A DNA stretch of 64,000 bases from a virus. Lineage: Duplodnaviria > Caudoviricetes. The stretch lies in the IMG/VR virus record IMGVR_UViG_3300042562_000746, positions 62,251-126,250 of that record. One strand, 5' to 3'. Shown piece after piece: positions 35,257 through 45,260 of this stretch. Numbering within the stretch: position 1 is the stretch's first letter; each line of letters begins with the position of its first letter. The translations under genes and the position numbers were made by a program. The notes under the pieces are model-generated. The model was not told where the DNA came from, searched no databases, and saw only the letters and a list, made by a program, of their open reading frames with translations.

Positions 35257-37398
35257 TTATCCTCTTTTTACTCTAAATCTTAGTTCAACATCTATTTCCC
35301 ATTTTGTATCATCTATTTTTTGTGTAATATCGGTTACTTGCCAATATCCTTTTCCAGGTGTCATCCATGGAATATCATTTATTATAACACTTTTACCAAT
35401 TGTAAAACCACCCACCCCTAATGTTGTAAATGTTAATTTAGTTGGTAATAATATATTTGATGGTGGTTTATTTTCTTTACCAAAATACATATTTTTTACT
35501 ATACCTGCATCTTTTACTACTACAAAAAAACTACTATCAGTACCAGAATAATATGAACCAAACGTAGGATTATTTAATTTAACTCTAAGTTCACCAGGTG
35601 CATTAAACATTGCAGATATGGCAGCTGCTGCTTTTTGATATAATACTGCCGCTTCATTTGCTACTGCAGTAGCTGCGGTAGAAACTCCACTTGCTAACGC
35701 TGATAACCCAGTTACATTTGCTATTGCTTGAAGTGGATGGTTCCATGCAAAAGTTGCTGCTTCTGCAATTGCATTTTCAGTTTTTGCAAGTAAACCCGGT
35801 TCTTCTTTTGCACCACTATTTGCTTCAGCTGCAGCTGTCGCTTCTTCTTTATTTTTTTTATATTCTGCATCTTCAATAGCCAATTCACCTGATATAAAAT
35901 CGTCTGCCTTTGAACCAAATACAAATTCTCCAACCGAATGAGTAGATGTTAAATTGTTTTCTTTACCTTTATCACCTAGCATAGCTTGTCCAGCTACTTC
36001 TTTAGGCATATCTGCATTTAAATCTATATTTGTAATAGTAGACCTTTCGGAAAACAAGTTTAATTCTAAAATTGCATCATTTTCATTTGATAAATTATAA
36101 TCTACAATAGTATATACCATCCAGCCACCTGGATTTTCAATATCTCTTAATCCTAAATTCCATAAACCCGCCCCCGCTACATTTAATTCAGCTATAATTT
36201 TTTCTAAAAAGTCTTTATTATTATCCATTCCTCTTGCTGCTTCTTTTACAAAATCTGCTGATACAAAAAGATTTTTTATATGCCCATGTTCATTTGCTTT
36301 TAATGTTATCCCATCATAAAGTTGTGTGTCAGTTGGTGTTGGGAATTGTATCGGTTCTGCCAAATTAATTGGTCCAAATGTTATTGGTGTTTCTTTTTCT
36401 AATGTTATTGTTTTTATTGTGGACTCACCAAATATTATAGTTCTAGTATCATTTGTTGTTGGTATTTGTGCAGATGGTATAATTACATTTTCAGAAGCAC
36501 TTATCATTACTGGCCTGCCACATGCTACTGCATCATCAATTTGAACATCTACCGGCATTGCACCCATTTTACTATCTTTACCTTTATTACAAATTGTTTT
36601 TATAATATAACCAAGTTGAAGATACCCACTATCTGTATTACCATATGACCAATCTACAATTTCTTGTTCGATGTTTATTGCATATCCTTTTAATGCAGCA
36701 AACGCTTTCGCATCGGCTCCGTCTGGATCCAATTTTACCGCTTGCATTGCCATAACTGTTGCTTTTGCTTTTTTATCATCTGAACTATCTGCTACTGCTT
36801 TGCCTACTTTACTTAATGATAAAAATGCAGGTATATCAGAAGGAGATGATAATTCTATTTTAACATCAACCGTAAGATTTTCATTTATTTTAATATCAAA
36901 ATTAGTTAATATCCCAGCAAAAATATCAAAATCACGACCTGTTACATATTCATTACGATGTACTATATTAATCGCTTTAAGTGCCGTTTCTTTCCCAGAT
37001 GGAATATTTACTTGCGTTCCTTTTCTACTTTTTGACCATCCCCAAACTAATAATTGTGTTTTACCAATAAACATAAATCCAGCGTTTTTTAAAACCTCAT
37101 CCATATCTGAAAATTGTATGGTTGCCGATGCCATTTTAATAGCACCCATATTACCAGTTGTTTTTACCTCAATTGATTTTAACATTGGAGGTATTTTAGC
37201 TATTTGTTTATTTACGTTTGTTGATATATTAAATTTTGTATATGACTCATTACCAATAATTCCACCTACATTATTACCACCCATAAAGCATTGTAAAAAC
37301 GCAAATGATTTTGTTCCTGAGAAAACTTGTTTATCAGTATTAGTAATTGCATTAATAATTTCTTGTTCTAAGCCAGATACAAATGGAAATCTACTCAT
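35257..37398 (-). CDS. putative baseplate hub/tail protein
   Basis: Position after tape measure and LysM genes; C-terminal WQVTDITQKIDDTKWEIDVE typical of gp27/gpD-like hubs. Confidence 0.55.
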   Translation of the reverse strand: MSRFPFVSGLEQEIINAITNTDKQVFSGTKSFAFLQCFMGGNNVGGIIGNESYTKFNISTNVNKQIAKIPPMLKSIEVKTTGNMGAIKMASATIQFSDMDEVLKNAGFMFIGKTQLLVWGWSKSRKGTQVNIPSGKETALKAINIVHRNEYVTGRDFDIFAGILTNFDIKINENLTVDVKIELSSPSDIPAFLSLSKVGKAVADSSDDKKAKATVMAMQAVKLDPDGADAKAFAALKGYAINIEQEIVDWSYGNTDSGYLQLGYIIKTICNKGKDSKMGAMPVDVQIDDAVACGRPVMISASENVIIPSAQIPTTNDTRTIIFGESTIKTITLEKETPITFGPINLAEPIQFPTPTDTQLYDGITLKANEHGHIKNLFVSADFVKEAARGMDNNKDFLEKIIAELNVAGAGLWNLGLRDIENPGGWMVYTIVDYNLSNENDAILELNLFSERSTITNIDLNADMPKEVAGQAMLGDKGKENNLTSTHSVGEFVFGSKADDFISGELAIEDAEYKKNKEEATAAAEANSGAKEEPGLLAKTENAIAEAATFAWNHPLQAIANVTGLSALASGVSTAATAVANEAAVLYQKAAAAISAMFNAPGELRVKLNNPTFGSYYSGTDSSFFVVVKDAGIVKNMYFGKENKPPSNILLPTKLTFTTLGVGGFTIGKSVIINDIPWMTPGKGYWQVTDITQKIDDTKWEIDVELRFRVKRG

Positions 37399-37691
37399 TA
37401 TTTCATTGAATTTTTAAGTTGTGCGGCTTCTTGTGTACTTGGTATTCTAAGTTTTATACCACCTTTCATTGTTAAATCAACATCTGTTATGTTATTTTTT
37501 AATGCAATTACCCACCACATTGTACTATCACCATAATATTCGTTTGCTAATAAATCTAATCTATCACCCATTGTAGTTAATATAACAATATCAGTATCGG
37601 TTGGTTCTACATATGATAATAATGTAGAATCATATACTTTACCTTTGCCTGTTTTTAATATTGTTTTTATATTTTCGTATCTATTATCCAT
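37398..37691 (-). CDS. LysM/gpX-like baseplate protein
   Basis: GDRLDLLANEYYGDSTMWWVIALKN...LRIP. Confidence 0.8.
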   Translation of the reverse strand: MDNRYENIKTILKTGKGKVYDSTLLSYVEPTDTDIVILTTMGDRLDLLANEYYGDSTMWWVIALKNNITDVDLTMKGGIKLRIPSTQEAAQLKNSMK

Positions 37692-37693
37692 TA

Positions 37694-39913
37694 CTATGCT
37701 TTTAATGTATTATAAAACGTATATCCACCCGCATCCCCATTTGTTACTACTTTAAATGATACACTAATTGAACATATCATTGGTGCTTGCGACCCTTTTG
37801 TAATTTCCCATGGTGTAGCATCATCTACATTCATTGATATATCACTTACAAATCCTTCTACCGATATTAAATCCCCAATTTCTAAACCAACGATTCTACC
37901 AAATACTCCTTTTTTACTATCGGTTGGTTTTCCACGTGTTAATGCGGTTACTGCATTTACTTTTTTCCATATTTGGTCTAATTGTGATTTGTTATCTGCA
38001 TATAATTTTAAATCAAATGAAATATCTCTTTCCCATGAATTATATAAATAGAAATTAACACCTGAACCAATTGGTTTTACACTATCCCAACTTGCTGCAC
38101 TTTTATCTGATAGATTACTTATTGTTGATATAAAATTAATTCCATATATACTAACCTTAATTACCCCATCTTCTGCATTATCTTTTAATACATCTCGTTT
38201 TTTGTGTAAATATGGATTTATATTTAAAGAAGTATTGTTTTGTGTTTGAAGTGCTGTATTTAAAAAATTAGTATCATTATCTGTTATTGTTTTAACGTTA
38301 TCACTAAACTTAGCATCTTTGGTATTCCACCTAGCAACCGTATCCATTTGTCCTATTGTTCTAAATGGATACTTATATTCTTCTGGTTTTTTAGTATCAA
38401 TATCTACTGCTATAAATGCATTTCCAAATAGTTGTCCTACCTGTGTTTCTACATTTTGAGCGCCCATTCCTTTTATTAATTTAGATTCACCTAAATCAGC
38501 TATACCACCATCTATGAATCTACTTTGTTCATCGGTAGTTAATGTATTTATTTTTAATTCACTTTTTGTATACTCATATTCTTCCCCACCTTTCATATTT
38601 CCAATAAAGTTACTACTACCATCATCAGTTGATATGTCAAATGTATAATCGTTATCACCTTTAACTATTTTTATTAAATTAATAGGTGAATCAGGTGCAC
38701 CATATATTTGCGATAAACTTGCACCTTTATCTATAAGATTATCTTGTTGAAATCCATCGGCATCTTTTGGACCTGGGTAAGTATATGCATTGCCATCCTT
38801 ATCTACTAATTTAGAATAATTTTGTACTCTATCATCTAATGCTCTACCACTTGCATCTTTCTTTTTAATTTGTTGATATTTTCCAGTATTATTTTTAGTA
38901 TCAATATTTTCTAATCTTGCAAAAATAGGAAAACTATTTTTTACCATATTAGCAGATACTATTACATTTCCTAAATTTGTTGTTTGTGGTGTGTTATTTG
39001 CATATACACTAGAATAGTAATCACTTAATGTATGTTCACTATCTTTTCCAACTGATGGAATTTTCGAAGAATCTATTGTAGGTGAAAGGTATTGTATTAT
39101 TTCATCTGAACTACTTTTTAAGTAGTCCATACCTGTAATTTTCATTTTGTGTGCACGTAATCTACTATAATTACGATACGATACGCCATCTTTAAATCCT
39201 GAATTTATTACTAAACTAGATGGGAAAAATGGTATTTTATTTTTATCGATTGTTGCAAATCCAGTTGCTGGTTTTACTTTTGGTTTCACTGGTGCTGGAC
39301 CAGATTTTCCTTTCTTTTTTCCTTTTGAAAATAATTTACTTAATCCCAATCCAATTCCCACAACTGCTAATCCAACTGCTGCTGATTTTAATGAAGGAAC
39401 AATTGCGTTTGCTGCTTGGTCTGGTGTTTTATTTCCCGTTAAGAAATTTCCTAATTTAGTTTTATTATTGTTATGATATGGATTATATCTTTTTCCAAAT
39501 GCATAATCACCATTTATTAATCCTTTATAGAAATTCTTTTCCATTCCGGTTGGCGAACCATCTTCACCTACCGTCCAATCATCTGGAAATTTAGGATGAA
39601 ATGCTGCAACTGCCGATATTGCTCCACCAACTAATAATCCTACACCACCTAATCCTGCTAATGCACCCCCAACTTTATCTGCTCCTTTTTTAATTGCTTT
39701 CTTTGTTTCATGTGGGTCTGTTCTAGTTGTGATACGAACTATATCTGTACCATATATTCGTGGAGTTGCTTTAACAAAGTCTAATGCTTGTTTATTATCG
39801 TTTGTAAATTTATTATCCGGTTCGGGTTTAAGCATACCCGCTTTTTGGCTATTTGGATTTAGTTTATCTGGCGTAGGCCATGCTTCTAATAATTGTAATA
39901 ATGTTTTTCCCAT
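37694..39913 (-). CDS. putative tail-tube initiator/baseplate protein
   Basis: C-terminal tube-like domain (W...YLYNSWERDISFDLKLYA...PWEI); follows tape measure. Confidence 0.55.
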   Translation of the reverse strand: MGKTLLQLLEAWPTPDKLNPNSQKAGMLKPEPDNKFTNDNKQALDFVKATPRIYGTDIVRITTRTDPHETKKAIKKGADKVGGALAGLGGVGLLVGGAISAVAAFHPKFPDDWTVGEDGSPTGMEKNFYKGLINGDYAFGKRYNPYHNNNKTKLGNFLTGNKTPDQAANAIVPSLKSAAVGLAVVGIGLGLSKLFSKGKKKGKSGPAPVKPKVKPATGFATIDKNKIPFFPSSLVINSGFKDGVSYRNYSRLRAHKMKITGMDYLKSSSDEIIQYLSPTIDSSKIPSVGKDSEHTLSDYYSSVYANNTPQTTNLGNVIVSANMVKNSFPIFARLENIDTKNNTGKYQQIKKKDASGRALDDRVQNYSKLVDKDGNAYTYPGPKDADGFQQDNLIDKGASLSQIYGAPDSPINLIKIVKGDNDYTFDISTDDGSSNFIGNMKGGEEYEYTKSELKINTLTTDEQSRFIDGGIADLGESKLIKGMGAQNVETQVGQLFGNAFIAVDIDTKKPEEYKYPFRTIGQMDTVARWNTKDAKFSDNVKTITDNDTNFLNTALQTQNNTSLNINPYLHKKRDVLKDNAEDGVIKVSIYGINFISTISNLSDKSAASWDSVKPIGSGVNFYLYNSWERDISFDLKLYADNKSQLDQIWKKVNAVTALTRGKPTDSKKGVFGRIVGLEIGDLISVEGFVSDISMNVDDATPWEITKGSQAPMICSISVSFKVVTNGDAGGYTFYNTLKA

Positions 39914-42852
39914 TAGTATTTAGTTCCTCCGGATGAACCATTTCTAGCAGCACCATCATTAGTTGCTACGGTTAGTTTTTTACTATCTATATTAATTGCC
40001 GGTGCTCCGCCTACTTTACTATCTATTGATTTCAAAATTGCTATCATTTCATCGTTACTACCTCCACCTTCACCACCAAACAAATTCATTGCCATTCCAC
40101 CAACTGCACCCAATGCCGCTAATACCGGAAGTGCAACTAATCCCATCGTTCCTAACATAAGTAATGATAAACTTAATGCACTAATTGCAGCTGCTAATCC
40201 AAATATAGGTAATATCATTGCAATTAATGGTAAAAAACTAGTCACCATTGTCGGTAATGCCGAAGCTATTGTTACAAATGCACTTGCCATACTTGTAAAT
40301 ACCATTGCAATTACTGTTCCTACTGCGGTTACTAATGGTGCTAATAAACTTAATGCATACGTTAATGGAATAAGTGCCGCACCAAATAATGCCAACAATC
40401 CAATACCAATTATTGCTGCAGGAGCGGTAGCACCAAATGTTGCTAATCCACCGCCTAAAGCTGTTAATCCAGTTGCTGCTAATTGACCGAATACACCTAT
40501 TGCAATCATCGCAGGTATACCAAGTAACATAGCCGTCAATCCTACTGCGGTTGCTAATAATCCTAATGCTCCCATAAATACATTTCCAGTACCCATAAAA
40601 CCTACACCTATTGCTAAGTTCATTAAGCCCGTACCAACCGTTGATAAATCCATTTTACTTAATATAAATAATGTAGGTAAACCAGGAAGTAATCCTAATA
40701 ATCCTATACCAACTGGAATTAAGTTTAGTGCTCCTATAAATACTTTTCCACTTGCAAAATATTTTAAACCTGCTGCAATATTTTCTGCTTTTGTTTTAAA
40801 ATTAGAACCATCATCTCCTTTTCCTGCTGTAGCTGTGCTTTTTGCTACACTATCCGTACCTTGTGTTACTGCGGTTGGATTTATTTTATTTTTTATAGAA
40901 TCAGTTGCGTTAGCTTTTATACTATTTTTTGCCTTTTTACCTAATACTGATTTTGCACTTGCTCCCGATTGTTTTAATGCATCCGCTGCTCCTACTCCTT
41001 TACCTCTTAATGATTCGTACATTGCAGTTGGTGATTTACCTGCCATTAAGCTTTTACTAATACCACCTATTCTACCCCCAAACGATTTCATTGCTGCCAT
41101 TGCTTTAGTGTAGGTAGATGCTTTAAATAAACTCTTAACTAAATCCAAACCTTTAGCTACTATCCCTGCCATTGGTCCACTATTTATATCTTTTAATGCT
41201 CTGGAATATTCACCTGCACCTAATACTAATCCACCCATTCCTTTTAATACTTTACCAGTTAGGGTGTTACCCATATTTTGTAATATCTCAGATGTTTGAC
41301 TATATATTTGATTACCCACACCATGCATACCATTTAAGGTTTCTTCATGTGCTACCATTTGTTGCATTTCTGCATTTGAAACACCAATTGCTTTAGCAGT
41401 TGCTGCTCTTTGATACGGGTCCATTGCATTATAAGCAGCTATACCTCCCGCTGCTTCTAACCCTTCTTTCAATGCACCTGCTATATCTCCATTATATGCT
41501 AATTCTCTTGCTTTACTAAGGTTCATATCTCTACCTAATAAAACCGATGCTTCCATTTCATCTTGTACTGATGATTGGTAATCTAATAAATGGTCTGCTA
41601 CTTTTGCCGCCGTTCCTAATCCTACTCCTAATTTTGCGGCTGCTACTGCTGCATCACCAATGTTTTTTCCACCATCTTTACTATATAACGCAAAGAATTC
41701 TGCATTATCTGCCACATCTTGCATTACTTGAGTTGGTGCTACCCCGTTTGCCATTGCTAATTGCTTAACATATTCGCCTGTATTTTTACCGGTCTCATAA
41801 CTTTTTCCACTTAATTCACCAAACGCAGTTGACATGAATGCCGCTTGCTTTGCACTTAAATTATAATTAGAAGCTAATAAACCAGCATCTACTGCCATCC
41901 CCATTGTTAAGTGATGTGAATCACCTAAATCTTTAGCTAAATCCAACGCAGCCTCACCTGCTTCTTCACCTAATATTGCACCTACCAATCCTACTTGTGT
42001 TTTAAGCCCTACCATTTGTGTCATTCCAACACCAATTTTCTTTCCTATCTCACCAAACTTTTCTGCGATTTCACCCGCACCAAAGGCCACTAATGCAATT
42101 TTTCCTCTAGTAGAACTTAAGAATACTTCTGCTGTGGTTGTCAGTTTTTTAAAAAATTTATTTATGGAATGTAATTCTTCACCTAATTCTTCATATATTT
42201 CTTTTACTTCTTTACTTTGACTTGCAAATTTACCTGCTGCTACTCTATTATTATTTAAGTAACCGGTCATTGAATCAAATGTACTAGCTAATTCTTTGGT
42301 TAAAAGTCCAGCGTATGCTAATTCTTCTTTTTCTTTTTGAATTGCTTTTATACTATTATCAATTTCAAAATTCTTTTTTGCAATTTCAGTTGCATCTTCT
42401 TTATTTAATTGTGCCAATTCTGCAATTAAAGATGTACCCGTTTCTAATGATTTTGTAACATTTAAAAATTTATCTTGTTCCCATTCATTGTTAGTATTCT
42501 TTGCAGCATTAAATATTTCATTTGCAAAAGATTGCGATGTTTTTAATTCTTTAGATAACGATTCATATAATTTAGGTAAAGTTTTAACAGTACTTGCTAA
42601 ACTTGTCATACTATCTAATCTAGTTGATTCTAAATCATTTGTAGATTTTACAATACCTCTATTTGCAATTAAATCCTTTCGTATTGCCGCTAACTTTTTT
42701 TGTTTTTCTTCAATTATTTCTTTTTGGACACTATCTTCTTCTGTTAGATTTTGTTCTAATTTATAGATGTCTTCTAAAAGATTTTTGATTCTTTTAACCG
42801 CATCTTCGTTTGGAAGAAACCCGCCTGAATTATTAGATGTTGCCTTTGCCAT
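39913..42852 (-). CDS. tape measure protein
   Basis: 979 aa, helical and Ala/Gly-rich, hydrophobic C-terminal third, downstream of tube and chaperone genes. Confidence 0.8.
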   Translation of the reverse strand: MAKATSNNSGGFLPNEDAVKRIKNLLEDIYKLEQNLTEEDSVQKEIIEEKQKKLAAIRKDLIANRGIVKSTNDLESTRLDSMTSLASTVKTLPKLYESLSKELKTSQSFANEIFNAAKNTNNEWEQDKFLNVTKSLETGTSLIAELAQLNKEDATEIAKKNFEIDNSIKAIQKEKEELAYAGLLTKELASTFDSMTGYLNNNRVAAGKFASQSKEVKEIYEELGEELHSINKFFKKLTTTAEVFLSSTRGKIALVAFGAGEIAEKFGEIGKKIGVGMTQMVGLKTQVGLVGAILGEEAGEAALDLAKDLGDSHHLTMGMAVDAGLLASNYNLSAKQAAFMSTAFGELSGKSYETGKNTGEYVKQLAMANGVAPTQVMQDVADNAEFFALYSKDGGKNIGDAAVAAAKLGVGLGTAAKVADHLLDYQSSVQDEMEASVLLGRDMNLSKARELAYNGDIAGALKEGLEAAGGIAAYNAMDPYQRAATAKAIGVSNAEMQQMVAHEETLNGMHGVGNQIYSQTSEILQNMGNTLTGKVLKGMGGLVLGAGEYSRALKDINSGPMAGIVAKGLDLVKSLFKASTYTKAMAAMKSFGGRIGGISKSLMAGKSPTAMYESLRGKGVGAADALKQSGASAKSVLGKKAKNSIKANATDSIKNKINPTAVTQGTDSVAKSTATAGKGDDGSNFKTKAENIAAGLKYFASGKVFIGALNLIPVGIGLLGLLPGLPTLFILSKMDLSTVGTGLMNLAIGVGFMGTGNVFMGALGLLATAVGLTAMLLGIPAMIAIGVFGQLAATGLTALGGGLATFGATAPAAIIGIGLLALFGAALIPLTYALSLLAPLVTAVGTVIAMVFTSMASAFVTIASALPTMVTSFLPLIAMILPIFGLAAAISALSLSLLMLGTMGLVALPVLAALGAVGGMAMNLFGGEGGGSNDEMIAILKSIDSKVGGAPAINIDSKKLTVATNDGAARNGSSGGTKY

Positions 42853-42857
42853 TTATA

Positions 42858-43067
42858 TTATAATAAGTGGTATTTTCTTAATTTAGTATTAAGTTCTTCG
42901 GTTTCTTTTGCAACACGTTCCATACTACTAACTACATCAGGATGTACATCTGCTTTTTTTATTTTTGCCATAAAACTTGAAGATACACCTCTTTGCAATG
43001 ATTTAAAAAAGTTATCAACAAATGATGTTAATATTCCTTCGTTTAGTTTTGTATATTGTTTTTCCAT
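42858..43067 (-). CDS. hypothetical protein
   Basis: 69-aa ORF preceded by GATATTTATA. Confidence 0.65.
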   Translation of the reverse strand: MEKQYTKLNEGILTSFVDNFFKSLQRGVSSSFMAKIKKADVHPDVVSSMERVAKETEELNTKLRKYHLL

Positions 43068-43119
43068 ATTCTATATAGTTTAATTATAAATATCATATAA
43101 AACAAAAAGTTAGGAGTTT

Positions 43120-43320
43120 TTATCTTCTCCTAACTTTACTATTTGCTTTTTGTATTTGTTCGTTTTCTTTCTTTTTTATATCAACTAACATATTTGCATA
43201 CATTCGTCTAATATGAAGTGGTAAATTATATACATCACTAAATGTAAATCCTCCACCACCTTGAAATACCAAGAAAAATAATTCTTCGTATAACCCTTTT
43301 TTATAATCCGCTGGAAGGGT
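43120..43320 (-). CDS. tail assembly chaperone C-terminal extension (gp51-like), probably reached by frameshift
   Basis: Frame lacks a good start of its own; FTFSDVYNLPLHIRRMY; overlaps the upstream gene at a T7 run. Confidence 0.6.
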   Translation of the reverse strand, partial: TLPADYKKGLYEELFFLVFQGGGGFTFSDVYNLPLHIRRMYANMLVDIKKKENEQIQKANSKVRRR

Positions 43321-44131
43321 AAAAAAAGTTGATTCCAAAAGGAATATCAAGTGCCTCCGTTTCACCCGTCACATCCGATATGAACTCAAATTTCATATTT
43401 AAATCCGGAGATATACTTTTTATATGTGCTCTAAATGCTTGAACATCTTTTGCTAAGAATTGATTACTTACCCAATTATTTACATATCCTCTATCTGAAT
43501 TATCATTAACAGATAGTATCATATATTTTAATCTCGTTGTAACTTCCGATGAATTTGTTTTTCCTTTTGTTAATCTTGCTAATGCATTGATTTCATTAGT
43601 AATATCCTTTTCATCTTTATGTGTTAATAATTTAAATATTATTTTAGTTTGGGATGGTAATACAAATGCATATCTATTTTCAGTATTTAACAAAGAATAA
43701 TCAATATCTTTAGTTTGAATCTTTGTTAAATCAATTGATACTTTTTGTTTTTCACCACTAAAAGGGTCTGTAATTTCTACATCGTATTCAGGACCATATC
43801 CTAATACTCTTGCTGCTAAGTAAATTGCGTTTTTATCACCCGTAACCAAATCATCTGCATTAACACCTGTTTGAACTACAACTGATTCTAATAATTTATC
43901 TAATACTACACCCTTATTAATTAGGTTACTATCTGCTAAAATATCTTCTTCTCTTGCAGTAAGGTATTTAATTTCTAATGTACCTTTACTCAATGGATTA
44001 CTTTCCGCATATACCTTACCTTCTGATGGTAATGATATAACTTGTGTTGGGAAATTAAATGTTGATGTTGTTGTTTGAGGTTGTGTTTGAACGGGTGTTC
44101 CACCTCTTTGGATGTTTATGTTTTCTTCCAT
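43301..44131 (-). CDS. baseplate hub assembly/tail chaperone (T4 gp26-like)
   Basis: LPSEG..Y, IKYLTAREEDIL, GDKNAI, ARVLGYG. Confidence 0.75.
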   Translation of the reverse strand: MEENINIQRGGTPVQTQPQTTTSTFNFPTQVISLPSEGKVYAESNPLSKGTLEIKYLTAREEDILADSNLINKGVVLDKLLESVVVQTGVNADDLVTGDKNAIYLAARVLGYGPEYDVEITDPFSGEKQKVSIDLTKIQTKDIDYSLLNTENRYAFVLPSQTKIIFKLLTHKDEKDITNEINALARLTKGKTNSSEVTTRLKYMILSVNDNSDRGYVNNWVSNQFLAKDVQAFRAHIKSISPDLNMKFEFISDVTGETEALDIPFGINFFYPSSGL

Positions 44132-44177
44132 AATAACTTTTTGTTTTGTTTTATATAACTATTTGTTTTTTTAATTT

Positions 44178-44642
44178 TTAATCTTCACCACCTAAATCAA
44201 AATGGTCTTCCCACTCTTTTACCGATTTTGCTTTTCTTTTTTTAAAATTATTTTTTTTATGAGTTGTAATATTAGTTGGTTGATAGGTTGTATAACTCCA
44301 ATTAGAACCACTGGGATATCCGTATGTAGTTGATGTACTTCCAAATCCAAATTGTGGATTAGCTATTGTAATAGAACCACTACCAGGTGTTGTTGTAATC
44401 GTTGTACCATTGGTATCTCCACAATTTATTTTATATGGGTTGTATGGGTCATATGGTTGGATAAATGGTAATGTTTGTATTGGTGCAGTGTTTGGAACTC
44501 CAAATGGAAATCCTATTGGTGTTTCATCTTTAACCTCTGCTAATTTATCTTTTAATAAATCCCATTGTTTTGGAGTAATGTTGTATTCATGTACCCCATC
44601 TGTAAATCCTTTTAACCAAAGTGTAAATTCTTTTGATGTCAT
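44178..44642 (-). CDS. hypothetical protein
   Basis: 154 aa, MTSKEFTLWLKGF start, Pro/Thr-rich middle. Confidence 0.65.
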   Translation of the reverse strand: MTSKEFTLWLKGFTDGVHEYNITPKQWDLLKDKLAEVKDETPIGFPFGVPNTAPIQTLPFIQPYDPYNPYKINCGDTNGTTITTTPGSGSITIANPQFGFGSTSTTYGYPSGSNWSYTTYQPTNITTHKKNNFKKRKAKSVKEWEDHFDLGGED

Positions 44643-44676
44643 AACTATATATTTGTATATATAAATATAACGAAAA

Positions 44677-44708
44677 TAAAAAAGGGAAACAAATAATGTC
44701 TCCCTTTT
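44677..44708 (-). terminator. intrinsic terminator after tail tube gene
   Basis: AAAAGGGAGAA-like arm pairing with TTTCCCTTTT (one mismatch) plus T-tail. Confidence 0.65.
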
Positions 44709-44728
44709 CTTTTATATTTTTCTTTAGA

Positions 44729-45217
44729 TTAGAATTCTAAGATTGCGTAATCGTAAGTTAAAGTTAATGATATCATAACTGGATCGTTTGAACTCCAATC
44801 TACATCACCAAACTCTGCCGAAGAAATCCAAGCACCAACAATTTTCCATTGTTCTACTTTATCACCAACAGGTCCTAACATATAGAAATCGATATTCTTT
44901 TTATAGAAATCTGCATACCCGTCTCTACCAGTGATAGATTCGTGTCCACTTCTAATCCATTCCATTACTGATTGTGCACCACTTGGTACAATTGGGTCAT
45001 ATAGAGTGATAGTGATATCAGTCCAATTTGATTTACCTTTAATTTTTCTCTTTAAGTTGATATGGTCTAATTCTACAACTTCACTTTCTAACTTAGGTCT
45101 GTTTGCTGTTTTAATCATGAAAGATGGAATACCATCGATTTCCATAATGAAACGATTCGCTAACTTTGGTTCAAAGTTTGTATAAAATATCTTATCAAAT
45201 GATAATACGTCAGCCAT
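44729..45217 (-). CDS. tail tube protein (T4 gp19-like)
   Basis: NRF, WTDITITLYD, MEW, W..VGAW, LTYDYA; follows sheath. Confidence 0.9.
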   Translation of the reverse strand: MADVLSFDKIFYTNFEPKLANRFIMEIDGIPSFMIKTANRPKLESEVVELDHINLKRKIKGKSNWTDITITLYDPIVPSGAQSVMEWIRSGHESITGRDGYADFYKKNIDFYMLGPVGDKVEQWKIVGAWISSAEFGDVDWSSNDPVMISLTLTYDYAILEF

Positions 45218-45260
45218 TGTTTATTTCTCCTTTACTTATTATAAGTATATCTTTTTTTAA

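Noticed and set aside
36671-37417. Long plus-strand ORFs (also 52119-52604, 57011-57418, 60743-61210, 61250-61771)
   Set aside because: Antisense shadows of well-supported minus-strand genes, with no motifs
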